DNA of 37,699 nt, from the NCBI GenBank assembly GCA_013239625.1, contig MU054166.1:343035-380733 (forward strand). Reading direction: 5' to 3'. Each line of letters opens with the position of its first letter. Position 1 is the first letter of the stretch. Both the position numbers and the translations under genes were made by a program. The notes under the pieces were generated by a model. It made no database searches. It worked only from the letters and a program-made list of their open reading frames with translations, and was not told the DNA's origin. Source of the stretch: Lama guanicoe. Taxonomy: Eukaryota. Below are positions 25,960-37,699 of this stretch, piece after piece.

Positions 25960-26775
25960 CTCAAGCTACAATGTAAATTTTTCATTCAGTATCTGTAAAT
26001 CCCATTCTAAATAAATATTAGCTACCTGAATTCATGGCATATTATAAGCATTATAAACTATAGTTAAGTTGGATATAGTCCTGATTCATAAATATTATTT
26101 AACATACACAAATGAACATATGTGATGTCATCCTTAAAAAACAAAGACTGCAAATATAACGATCCCAAAATATATAGGAAAATTATTGACAGATCTGATC
26201 TTAACATTTTTATAACAATATTATTAAATTCGCTCAAGATAGAATATAACTAAGCATAATAAAAGCTATATATGAAAAACTCATGACTTAGATCATGTTC
26301 AATGTAAACATACAGGATTGATTTCCTCTGGTCCAGTAATAAGAAAAAGTAGCTCATTTTCACAAGTCCTAAATTACAATACTAGAAGTTCTAGCCAGAA
26401 TAACTAGTCAAGAAAAAATATAAAATTCATCCAACTTGAAATAAAGCAGTGAAGGATTTACAGATGACATAATTATGCATTGATAGAAATCTCCACATAC
26501 ACCTCCAGTGTCTGTTAGAAATAATGAACAAACTTAGTAAACTTGCAGAAAACAAAATCAATATACAAATATCCATTGCATTTTTGTATAGTAACACATT
26601 ATCAGAAAGAGAAATTTGGAAAATTATTGTGTGTAAATTTATACCAAAATGTATAAAATAGGGATAAATTTCATAAGTGAAGTAGAAGTTCTAAACATAG
26701 TTCTATATATTACAGGTGAAAGAAATATGAGTAAACAAAATAAATAGAATGATATTCTGTGCTCATAGATTGTAT
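25960..26775 (+). mobile_element. Old LINE-1 ORF2 reverse-transcriptase fragment
   Basis: tactagaagttctagccaga, tttacagatgacataatt (F.DD motif), gatattctgtgctcatagattg. Confidence 0.75.
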
Positions 26776-27320
26776 AAAATGTGAGGAAATATTCTAACCA
26801 ATCTTTCACATGTTCAATCTCCCAGGAGTATTTATTGAAGAGAATGTCTTTTCTTAATTTTATACTCTTCCTTTTTCATGGATTAATTGATCATATGTGT
26901 GAGGGATTATATCTGGTTGCTCTATTCTCTTCTATTGATTGGTGTCTGCTTTTGAGCCAGTAACATTTTGTTTTAATTACTAAAGCTTTGTAGGACTGTT
27001 TAACATCAGAGAATTTTACATCATTAGATTTAATACTGTTTTTCAAGATTATTTTTGCAACTCATGATCCTTGTGGCTACATATAAATTTTAAAATTATT
27101 TGTTCTATATATTGGAAAAATCTCATGGGTATTTTCACATGAATCACACTAAATGAAGATTCCTATGGCTAGTGTGGTTGTTTCAACCACATTGTTTCAC
27201 ATCATTAACATAAGAGATTATTTCATTTCTTTGGATCTGTTTTAATTTCCCTTATCAATGTTTTCTGTTTTAACATATACATTTTCACCATATTTGTTAA
27301 CTTCATTTATATGTGTTCTT
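26776..27320 (-). mobile_element. Old LINE-1 ORF2 fragment, inverted relative to its left neighbour
   Basis: tttattgaagaga and ccttgtggctacatataaattttaaaatt are antisense ORF2 text. Confidence 0.7.
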
Positions 27321-27359
27321 TACATATATATATAATTATATACATAATATTTGTAAACT

Positions 27360-30300
27360 CGTTTCCTACACAAATATAGCTTGCAGAAGGCACTGGCAAG
27401 GCAGATTAAATTCCTGAATGAAAGAAAGCTATAATCTAAGATACTTTATCAAGCAAGGCTATCTTTTAGAAGAAGGAGAGATAAATAACTTCCACACAAG
27501 CAAATACTTAAAGAATGTAACAAGAGAAAAAGAAATAAAAAAGATCTACTCTAAATAAAAAAGAAGCAGGATGCTATAGAAAACAGGAAGGCATAATTAG
27601 AAAGGCAATATCTACAATGACTTACAACAGAATAAATACGATGCTGTAATAGAGGACATCAAAATTTTTCAGGGTCACAGAGTAAAACAGGAAAATACAG
27701 AGTGTTTTCTTCTTCTTTCTATTCTCTGTAGTATGGGTTTGAATTTGTATTCTTATCAGTTAAAATAAACAAATATATTACGGGTTAATATGTATACAAA
27801 ACAAGGTAACCATAAGGCAAAAGCTTACAATGAAGTCACAAAGACAAAAAGAAACCAAGATTATAAAATTAAACTTACCAAGCCACAAAAACAAAAAGAA
27901 ATGAACAAAAAGAAAATACCAAATCAACTGGAGAATGAAGTTCAATATGGAAATAAACACATCTATCAATAATTATCACAAATGTTAATGGACTTAGTGC
28001 TTCAATCAAAAGATGTATATTGCCAGATCTGATATTATAACAAGATCCTACATTATGAAGCATAGAGGAGACCCACTATAGTAAGAGGAATACACATGAA
28101 TTGAAAGTCAGAAGGTGGAAAAATATATTCCATGCAAATGCACATGACAAGAAACAGGAGTAGCAGTACTGACTTCACACAAAGAGACTTTACAAAAAAG
28201 GCCATAGAGAAAGATAAACAAGGACATGATATAATGGTTAAAGGAGCAAATCAAAATGGGGATATTATACTCATTGAGATATATGCACTCAATATAGGAG
28301 CACCTAAATACATAAAGGAAACACTAATAGATAAAAATAGAGAAATCCCTGGGAACACAATCAAAGTAGGAGAATATAACTCCCTATTACCATCACTGGA
28401 CTGGTCTTTCACACAGAAAATTAAAAAGGGAACAAAGATACTAAAATACATAATAAAATAATTGGAGATGCTTGATATTTTCAAAACAGTACTTCTCCCC
28501 AAAACAGAATACACATTTTTTTCCGGTACAGAAGGAATATTTTCTACAAAAGATTATGTACTCAGGCACTCAAGAAGCCTCAACAAATTTAAGAAGATAA
28601 AAATTATCTCAGGCATCTTTTCTGAGAATAATACCATGAAACTAGAAATCAATCACAGAAAAACAGGGAGAAAAAATGACAGCATCCAGATGAAAAAACA
28701 CGGTACTAAAACAAGGGGTTGAGGTGATGAAGTAAAAGAAGAAATTAAAAATTATCTTGAGAAATATGACAAAACACAACACAAAGTCTATGGAATACTG
28801 TTAAAACAGGCTTAAGAGGGAAGTTCATAGTGAGAGGGCCATCCTCAAATTAGAAGAACAATTTCAAATAAATAATCTAACGTTCTATGTAAACAAATCA
28901 ATAAAGAAGAGCAATCAAAACCAAAAGTCAACAGAAAGATGGAAAATATAAAGATCAAGGAAGAAATAATTGAAATAGAGATTAAAAAATAGAAAAAATC
29001 AATCTCTTTTTTGAAATAGTAAACAAAATTGACAAATCTCTGGACAGGCTTACCAGAACACAAATAATATAAGAAATGAAAAAGGAGAAACTACAAAGAG
29101 TACAACAAATTTACAAAATATCATAAGAGAATACCATGAGCAACTGAATGAAAACAACTGGAAAACCAGGAAGAAATGGAGAAGATTTTGGAAACATTCA
29201 GCCCACCATTATTGCATCAAGGAGGAGTTAGCCATTTGAACAGACAAATCACCAGAAATGGAATACAATTATCAATAAAATAAGAAAAACTCTGCAAACA
29301 AAATTCAAACACAAATAGCTTCACTGGGGAATTTGATCAAACATACAAAGAAAAATCCATACATGTCTTCCTCAAACTCTTCCAAAAGACTGCTATGGAG
29401 AGAGTACCCCCAAACTCACACCATAAGGCCAACATCAACCTGATACCGAAACCAGACAAAGACACTACCCCAAAAAGAATACTTTAGGCCAACATCATTG
29501 ATAAACATAGAAACAAAAGTCCTTGAGAAATTATTAGCAAACAGAACACAGAAGCATGTAAAAAAAGATCATGAACCATGGACAAGTTAGGTTCATCCCA
29601 GGAACACAAGGATGGTTGAACATATGCAAATCAATCAATCAATTGTGATACACCATATCAACAAAAGAGAAGACAAAAACGATATGATCATCTCAGTAGA
29701 TGCAGAAAAAGCATTTGATAATATTTAACACCTATTTGTAATAAAAGTTCTTATCACAGTGGGCATACACGGACCATATCTCAACATAATGAAAGCTATT
29801 TATGACAAATATATAGCCAGCAAAATACACAATGGTGAAAAACTGAAACCCTTGCCACAAAAACCTGAGACAAGACAAGGATGCCCATTCTCACAATTTC
29901 AAATCAATACAGTCTTGGAATTCCTAGCCACAACGATCAGGCAAGAAAAAGAAATAAAATGATTCAGACTGGAAAAGAACATGTAAAATTGTCACGATAT
30001 GCAGACATGACACTTTATATAGAAAACTGTAAAAGCTTCACAAAAAAATACTTAGGCTAAAAAAGGAACTGAGCAATGTAGCCAGAGTAATGTACAAAAA
30101 CCAATTAGATTTCTGTACACTACCATTGAATCAATAGGAAAACAATGTATAGAAACAACCCCTTTAATAACTGCACCCAAAATTATAAAATGCTTCAGAA
30201 TAACTCTGACCAAGGTGGAGAATTACTTATACATGAAGAAGAAGAATACATTGATTGAGGAAATCAAGAAAGAAATTGAAGAATTGAAAAGATACCCAAT

Positions 30301-32067
30301 GATCTCATAATGGAAGAAATAATATTGTTAAAATGGCCATACTACCCAAGGCAATCCACAAAATTAATCTGAGTTCCTATCAAATTATTCATAACATTTC
30401 TTTTTAGGACTGAAACAAATGATCATAAAATTTGTATAGATACAATAAACATCCATAATTTCCAAGTCAAAATTGTAGAAAAAGAAAGAGGCTGGAGGAA
30501 TAACCTGCCTGGTCTCCATACAGTATTGCAGAGCTATAATAATCAAAACGTCATGATATTGGTACAGAAACAGGCATATGGATCAATGGAACAGAATAGA
30601 GAGCCTAGGAATAAATCTACAGGCCTATGTTCAATTAATATTTTACAGAGTAGTAAACAAGAACACTGAGAAGACAATCTCTTCAACAACTGTTGTTGGG
30701 AAAACTGGATAGCAGCATCAGAGCAATGGAGTTAGAACCCTCCTTCACTCCATACACAAGAATAAACACAAAATGACTTGAGGACTTAAATGTAAGGCAA
30801 GACACAATAAATATCCTAGAAGTAAACATAGGCAAAACACTCTAAGATAAATCTGAGCAATCATCTCCTAGAACATCCTACCTAGGTAATGGATGTAAGA
30901 GGAAAATTAATAAATAGGACATAATTAAACTTATAAGCTTTTGCACAGCAAAGGGAACCATAAACAAAGCAAAATGACAACCTACAAGATTAAAGAAATT
31001 ATTTACAAGTGATGCAAATGACAAAGGCTAAATTTACAAAATATAAAGATTTCATACAACCTAATAATAATACTTAAAATAAACAAGAAACCCAATCTGA
31101 AAATGGGCAGAAGCCCTAAAAAAGGAATTCTCCATTAGGGACATACAAATCCCACACAGATATATGAAAAAAAATTGCTCACTATCATTATCAGAGAAGG
31201 GCAATTCAAAACTATAATGAAGTATCACCTCACAATAGTCACAATGGCCATCATTCAAAAGTCCACAGACAATAAATCCTGGGGAAGCTGTGGAGAAAGG
31301 GAAACATCCTTCACTGTTGGTAGGAATGTAGTTTGGTGCAGTCACTGTGGAAAACAGGATGAGGGTTCCTCAAAAGAATAAAAATAGACTTAACATATGA
31401 TCCAGCAATCCCACTTCTGGGTATATATCAAATAGAACCATAATTCAAAATGTCACCTGCACCCCAATGAATTTAGCAGTGCTATATACAACAGCCACGA
31501 CATGGAAGCACCCTAATTGTTCATAAGCAGATAAAAGTATACAGAATTTATGCCATATTTACAGAATGGAATAATATTCTGCCATAAAAGGAGATAAAAC
31601 AATGACATTTGTAGCAAAATGGATGTCCCCATAATGTGTCATTCTAATTGAAGTAAGCCAGAAAGAGAAAGAAAAATAATACATGACATGATATATGTAG
31701 AAACTTAAAAAAAAATTTGGATGAGGATACTGTGATTACATCTACAAAACTGAAACACACTTGAAGATCTACTTAATAATCTTATGGTTACTGATGAAAG
31801 GGGCTTGGAGAGGATATATTTGGGAGCTGTAGAATTATAAATGTTATCCACTATATAAAATAATTGTTTCAAAATGTCTTTTGTATGACACAGGGCAGTA
31901 TGTTAAATAGTGTGAAGTATACTTTAATAGGCACACAAATATATGCATGAATTTTTACACTGTGCTATACACCACAGATTGACACATTGTAAATGGCAGT
32001 ATTTCAATAATAAATAAATGAATAAAAAAGTTAATAAGTAAGTAAATAAATAAATAAATAAATAAAA
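27360..32067 (+). mobile_element. 5'-truncated, inactivated LINE-1 (ORF1 end, spacer, ORF2 ~27947-31706, 3'UTR, (TAAA)n tail)
   Basis: ORF1 stop near 27552; ORF2 start atggaaataaacac...aatgttaatggacttagtgcttcaatcaaaaga; ORF fragments DKQGHDIMVKG, IYALNIGAPKYIKE, ETRQGCPFS; tail taaataaataaataaataaa. Confidence 0.92.
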
Positions 32068-32069
32068 TA

Positions 32070-32946
32070 TTTCATATTTAAGTAATACAAAGATTCACAA
32101 TACTTATGTTTACACATCAAGAAACAAGGAGAAAACAGAAAGAATAAAGAAGAAAATTGAATCAATAAGATTAAGGCAAATAACAAGAGAATCAATTGAA
32201 AAGATAAAAAACTACAAAAGTCTGTTTATTTTAAACATAAATTGGACAAAGATTTAGGTTTTCTAAGAAAATAAAGACTGACATAAAATTAGGAATAAAA
32301 GAGAAGATATTACCACTGATGTTGTAGAGATGCAGAGCATCAAAAGGAATTACCACTAGCCAACAGTTTGAATGACTTTGAACAAAAGACAAATTCAAAG
32401 AAATATATGTCTTCCAATACTGAATCATGAAGTAATCAGAAAGTTAAATAAAGCAAAAGTGTGTATGAGTAAATCAGTTATCCAAACCTCCGAAACAAGA
32501 AAAAATTTACAAGATGACTTTACTGGTGAATTCTCTCATACATTTGAAGACAAGTTTTCACCAATTCTTCCCCAAACCTTCCAAGAATTTGAAGGGGGTG
32601 AAAGTATCCAAACTTGTTTATGATGCCAGATTTATTTGCATAACAATGCTAGAAAGGACATTATATGCAAAATATAGAATATTGTCCCTGATGTACATTT
32701 GTGCCAAAATTCTCAACAAAACAGTAGGAAAATGAATTGAACAACACATTAAATGTATCATACACATACATGAGTAAAGGGATTTATCCCTGGGTTTATG
32801 GATACTTCAAAATATTCAAATCAATAAAGGTGACATGCCACACTAATAGAATGAGAAATAAAACTCACATAATCATCTCAATACGTGCGGAAAGTGCATT
32901 GTATATGATGCAACATACTTTTAAGACACTCCCAACAAATTAAATT
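32070..32946 (+). mobile_element. Old LINE-1 ORF2 fragment
   Basis: agatgactttactggtgaattct and gccaaaattctcaacaaaaca. Confidence 0.78.
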
Positions 32947-32951
32947 AACCC

Positions 32952-33395
32952 TGTCAGTGGCATGATATCAAATACACACAAACACTGTGTGGACAGAAGC
33001 AGAGCAGTTCTGTGTTTATTGATTCTAAGAAAAAGGGTTTATATAGGACATGTACAATGCCTCACCAATCATCTAAGTCATAACCCTGTTAATAATCTTA
33101 ATCTATATATGTCCCCATGCTCCCGCAATAAGCAGAGGATGTTAAATGATCAAGGATTGTTTTAAAGTTCATCACGGAACTTCATTAAGTAGGCCATCTC
33201 TTATCCAGCCGGCTGTGCCTGTCGTACGTTGTCCTCCTCTGAGGATCTTACCCAGCATACGCTATCGAGCCATCCATACTGGATACAATGAGCATGCCAT
33301 TTCTTAACCAGCTTGGATATGTGACATTCCTCACAGCTTGTTTATCAGTTCAGCCCATGGGCTTATTCTCTAGAGCCTTCAGACAGGAGCCTACA
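32952..33395 (-). mobile_element. Solo endogenous retrovirus LTR, 444 bp
   Basis: TG...CA termini; 5-bp direct repeat AACCC at 32947-32951 and 33396-33400; on the minus strand a CCAAT-type box (33065-33069), TATATAAA (33038-33045) and AATAAA (33015-33020) in LTR order. Confidence 0.85.
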
Positions 33396-33459
33396 AACCC
33401 AACATCCCTCCACAGAAAAATGGATGAAGAAAATTTGATGTTTATATGCAATGGAATCA

Positions 33460-34010
33460 ATACTTTGCATTCCTATCAACAGTGTCCACAGTGTTCCTTT
33501 TTCTCCAGAATCTCACCAACATCTATTTCTTTTCTTTTTGATGAGAACCTTCTGACAATTGTGAGGTCTTGTCTCATTTTTGGCTTATGACTTTCCTAAT
33601 AATTTATAAATCTGAACATATTTTCATGTGTCATTTAGTCAACTGTATGTTTTCTAAAGATAATTGATTCAGATCTATCTATTCAGTTCCTACAGACATT
33701 TTTTTTCATTGGATTGTTTGGTCTTTTTTGTTGTTGTTGTGGGGTAAGGGTTTGCCATATATTTGGATATTAACAGTTGATTGGAAAATATCACTTGCAA
33801 ATATATTCTCCCAATATGTTGGTTGACTTTTCATTTATTGATCATTTCTTCTGCAGTGTAAATCTGTTTAGAGTGATACAATCATATTTTGCTAGTTTTG
33901 CTTCTGCATCCCTTGCCAGAGGAGACATATGTAGAATCAATTTAAGTCCAATGTCACAGTGTACTTCTTATGTTTTACCCTAGGATTCTTTGTTTTCAGG
34001 TTTTATGCTT
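33460..34010 (-). mobile_element. LINE-1 ORF2 C-terminal fragment
   Basis: tttgcattcctatcaacagtgt and cttgcaaatatattctcccaat; preceded by a ~60-bp plus-strand L1 scrap at 33401-33460. Confidence 0.75.
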
Positions 34011-36492
34011 TATATGCCCAGGAGTGGGATTGCTGGGCCATATGATAGGTCTATATTAATTATTTAGAGGAACTTGCATGCTGTTTCCAAAGTGCTTGCA
34101 CCAATTTTCATTCCCACCAACAGCGTTGGAGAGTCCCTTATTCTCCACAACTTCCCCAGTCTTTATTTGTACACATTTTGATGACATCCCTTCTCACTAG
34201 TGTGAGGTAAAACATTATTTTATCTTTGTCTTGCATTTGTATAATGATTAGCTATGTGAGCATGTTTTTATGTTTCTGATTGTCATCTGTGTGTCTTCTT
34301 TAGAGAATTGTCTTCTGATTATTTTCTGGCTGAGTTGTTTGCAGATTTTTGTAATGGAGTTGTATGAACGATTCGTGTATTTTAGAAATTAGCCTCTTGT
34401 TGATTGCATTGTTTCCTAATGTTTTCTCCCATTTGGAAGTTCATCTTTTCATTCTGTTTATTTTGCTATGTAGGAGGTTTTAAGTTTAATTAGGACCTAT
34501 TTGTTTATTTTGCTTTTATTGTTTTCATTTTGGGAGATTGACATGAGAAAATTTCGCTACAATTTTTGTCTTGTTTTGCTTATGTTAGTTTCCAGAAGTT
34601 TTAATGTGTCATGTATTAGATTCAGATATTTAAAACATTTTGAGTATATTTTTGTACAGTGTGAGGGAGTGTTCTAATTTCATTGATATAAATGTAGCTG
34701 TTAGCTTTCTCAACATCACTTGCTGAAAAATGTCTTATAGGAATTGTATATTTTTGTTTCTTTTTTCATAGTTTATTTGACCATAGGTGTGATATTTTAT
34801 TTCTGCTTCTGTGTTCTGTTCCACTGATATAGACGTTTGTTCATTTTTCATTATTGTGCTGTTTTGATTACTGTTTTTGTAATATAGTCTGATATCTGGG
34901 AGGGTAATGGGTTGTGACACCAACTTTGTTCTATTTCCTCATTGTTTCTTTTGAAGTTCTGGTACTTTTGCTCTTCCATACAAATGTTAGGACTTTTCTA
35001 ATTTCTGTGGAAAATATCATGTAGTTCAATATGAATCACTTTATATCTGAGGATAACATTTGTAGTATGTATATTTTAACACTATTAATTCCTCTAAACT
35101 GAGGCCTTGAGATTTCTTTCTATTTCTTTGCATCATCTTCAAATTTATTTATCAGTGTCCTATTTATATTATTATCTTGGTTCATTCAAACCTATTCATA
35201 GGTTTTTCATTTTTGACCTGATATCATATGGACTTTTTAAAATTATGGAATATTTAATTGTTAGTGTAAAGAAATGTGACAGTTTTTGTATATTAATCAT
35301 GAATCATGCTACTTTCCTAAGTGTCTCTATTACTTTTAATTGTTTTGGTGTGGAGAATCTTTAGGGTTCTCTATATAGATTATTATGTCATCCAAAATAA
35401 TTACAGTTTAACTTCATTCAATCCAACTTGAATAAATTTATTTCTATTCCAATTGCTGTTGCTAGAACTTCCCATACTGTGTTTAATAGAAATGGTGAGT
35501 GTGGGCATCGTTGTCTTATTCCTTAATTTGGCTTTCAGTTTTTCACTTTTGCATATTATGTTGTCTGTGTGTCTGTTATTTATGGCTTTAGTTATGTTGA
35601 GATATATTTCCTGAATCCTACTTTGGTAAGAGTTTTCTGTTGTTGTTGTTTCTGTTGTTTTTTTGTTGTTGCTCTTGTTGCTGCTTTTTTAATGACTAAA
35701 AGTTGAAGTTTGTGATATGTTTTTATGGATTTATTGGGATGAACACGTCATTTTCCCTTTTTCTTTTGTTAATGTGGTGTATCAAACTGATTGATTTCAT
35801 GTGTGTTCCACCGCTCTTATGACCCTGCAATGAATTAAAGTTGATCATGGTGTATAATTCATTTTAGGTATTGCTGGATTTTGTTTGCTAATAAAATTTT
35901 TAAGAATTTTTGCATCTATATCAATCAAAGATATTGGCTTGAAATTCTCTATGCCTGTACTTTGTTTGTTGGCTTTGCTCTCAGGGTGATGAAAGCTTCA
36001 TATAATTAATTTGTGAGTTTCCCACATCTTCACTATTTTTGAATATATTGAAGAGCGTAAGTTCTGCTTGGTATTTTTGTACAGTTTTCCACAGGAGCTG
36101 TTTAAATCTGCACTAACGTTTAATGATTTTTTAAATGCAGATTCTTTCATTCATCTAGTAAACTGTTTGTTCAAATTATTTGTTTCTTCTTATCCCTGTC
36201 TCTTTCTAGACATTTGTCTATATCTTCTAAGTTGTCCAGTTTATTGGCATGTAAGTGTTTACAAATAATCCCTTTGTTGTATATCTGATTGAACAATTGT
36301 TATTTCTCCACATTTATTTCTGACTTTATTTCTTTGGAGCATCTCTGTTTTCTACATGATGCATCTGGCTTGAGGTTTTTCGATTTTGCTCATCTTAAAA
36401 AGAAAACAAAAACAAAATTTTTGGTTTTACTACTCTTTTGCATAGTTGTATTTCTCTCTAATATATATTTACACCTGTAATATTTAGGTTCA
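34011..36492 (-). mobile_element. Old LINE-1 ORF2 fragment; 34634-36490 is the paralog of 1-1852
   Basis: Starts tatatgcccaggagtgggattgctggg; collinear with the window start from 34634. Confidence 0.85.
35638..35685. repeat. Degenerate (GTT)n microsatellite, paralog of 999-1041
   Basis: gttgttgttgtttctgttgttttttgttgttgctcttgttgctgc. Confidence 0.75.
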
Positions 36493-37341
36493 TGTATATT
36501 TTTTAACTTTTTTTATTGATTTTTAATCATTTTGCAAAGTTGTCTCAAATTCCATTGTAGAGAACAATTATTTATTTACAATGGACATATATACATTTGT
36601 TGTCCCATTTCTTCCCCTGTGAGCTGCCATAAGATCTTTTATATATTTCCCTGTCCTATACAGTACAATCCTGTTTATTTAACAATTTTGAAGTCCAAGC
36701 CTATCTATTCCCACACCACACCCACTTGGCAACCAAAACTTTGTATTCTCTGCTTGCAATTCTATTTCTGTTTTTTATTTTGCGTTTTTGTTTGGTTTGG
36801 TTTTGTTTTTAGATTCCACACAAGAGCATTCTCATATGGTATTTTTCTTTCTCATTCTGGCTTACTTGACGTAGACTGATTTTCTCCAGGAGCATCCATG
36901 TTGCTGAAAATGGCATTATGATGTCAGATTAAAAGACTGACTACTATTCCATTGTATAAATATACCACCTTTTCTATATCTAGTCAACTGTCGATGGACA
37001 TTTAGGGTATTTCCATGTCTTGGCTATTGTAAATAGTGTTGGCTATGAACATTGGTGTGCAGGTGTCATCCTGAATTAGGGTTTCTTCTGGATTTATGCC
37101 CAGGAGCGGGATTTGGGTTATATGATAACTCTATTCCAAGGCTTTTGAGGAATCTCCATCCTGTTTTCCACAGTGGCTGCACCAAGCTGCATTGCCACCA
37201 GCAATGAAGGAAGGTAACCTTTTCTACAAAGCCTCTCCAGCATTTGTCATTTGTGGATTTTTCAATGATGGCCATTCTGACTAGTGTGAGTTGATACCTC
37301 ATTGCAGTTTGATTTGCATTTCTCTGATAATAAGTGATATT
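36493..37341 (-). mobile_element. LINE-1 3' end, paralog of 1853-2721
   Basis: Same 3'UTR and ORF2 end and same left junction as the element at 1853. Confidence 0.88.
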
Positions 37342-37699
37342 GAGCATTTTCTTTTTTTTAACATTTTTTATTGATTCATAACCATTTTACAGTGTTGTGT
37401 CAAATTCCAGTGTTCAGCACAATTTTTCAGTCATTCATGGACATATACACACTCATTGTCACATTTTTTTCTCTGTGATTTATCATAACATTTTGTGTAT
37501 ATTTCCCTGTGCTATACAGTGTAATCTTGTTAATCTATTCTACAATTTTGAAACCCCAGTCTATCCCTTCCCACCCTCTACCCCGCCCCCCACCCCGCTA
37601 ACCACAAGTCTGTATTCTCTGTCCACGAGTCTATTTCTGTCCTGTATTTATGCTTTGTTTTTGTTTGTTTGTTTGTTTTTGTTTTTTAGATTCCACATA
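37342..37699 (-). mobile_element. Later LINE-1 3' end nested in the previous L1 (runs off the window end)
   Basis: A new poly-T and 3'UTR (tttttttaacattttttattgattcataacc) begins right after gagcattttc; C-rich tract at ~37565-37598. Confidence 0.88.

Larger units (their letters stand above)
34634..37341 (+). repeat. Segmental direct repeat, copy 2 (partner 1-2721)
   Basis: Shares the L1/L1 junction tacacctgtaatatttagg and the (GTT)n tract with copy 1. Confidence 0.85.

Noticed and set aside
37565..37598. G-quadruplex-capable tract on the minus strand
   Set aside because: Ordinary G-rich tract of the L1 3'UTR.
1..37699. CRISPR array, RNA genes or a novel multi-gene system
   Set aside because: No regularly spaced repeats, tRNA/rRNA or unexplained long ORFs seen; content is explained by HSFY, retroelements and a segmental duplication.

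Overview
AT-rich mammalian genomic DNA, about four-fifths degraded LINE-1. The one recognisable gene is a two-exon HSFY (Y-linked heat shock transcription factor) copy on the minus strand at 24711-23037. It is disabled by an in-frame stop (codon 97) and a 1-nt frameshift early in exon 2, but keeps canonical splice sites, a polyA signal and a candidate spermatid-type promoter (CRE-like site plus RFX X-box). The first ~2.7 kb recurs at the end of the window at an offset of ~34.63 kb, sharing an L1-into-L1 junction and a microsatellite. The window therefore probably spans one unit of an old tandem HSFY amplicon. Other elements are a solo LTR with an intact target-site duplication, an ERVL-like LTR/internal remnant, an L2-like remnant and a tRNA-derived SINE remnant resembling camelid Vic-1, which tentatively points to a camelid Y chromosome. 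I found no support for a previously undescribed biological system. Repeat boundaries and family names were judged by eye and are approximate.
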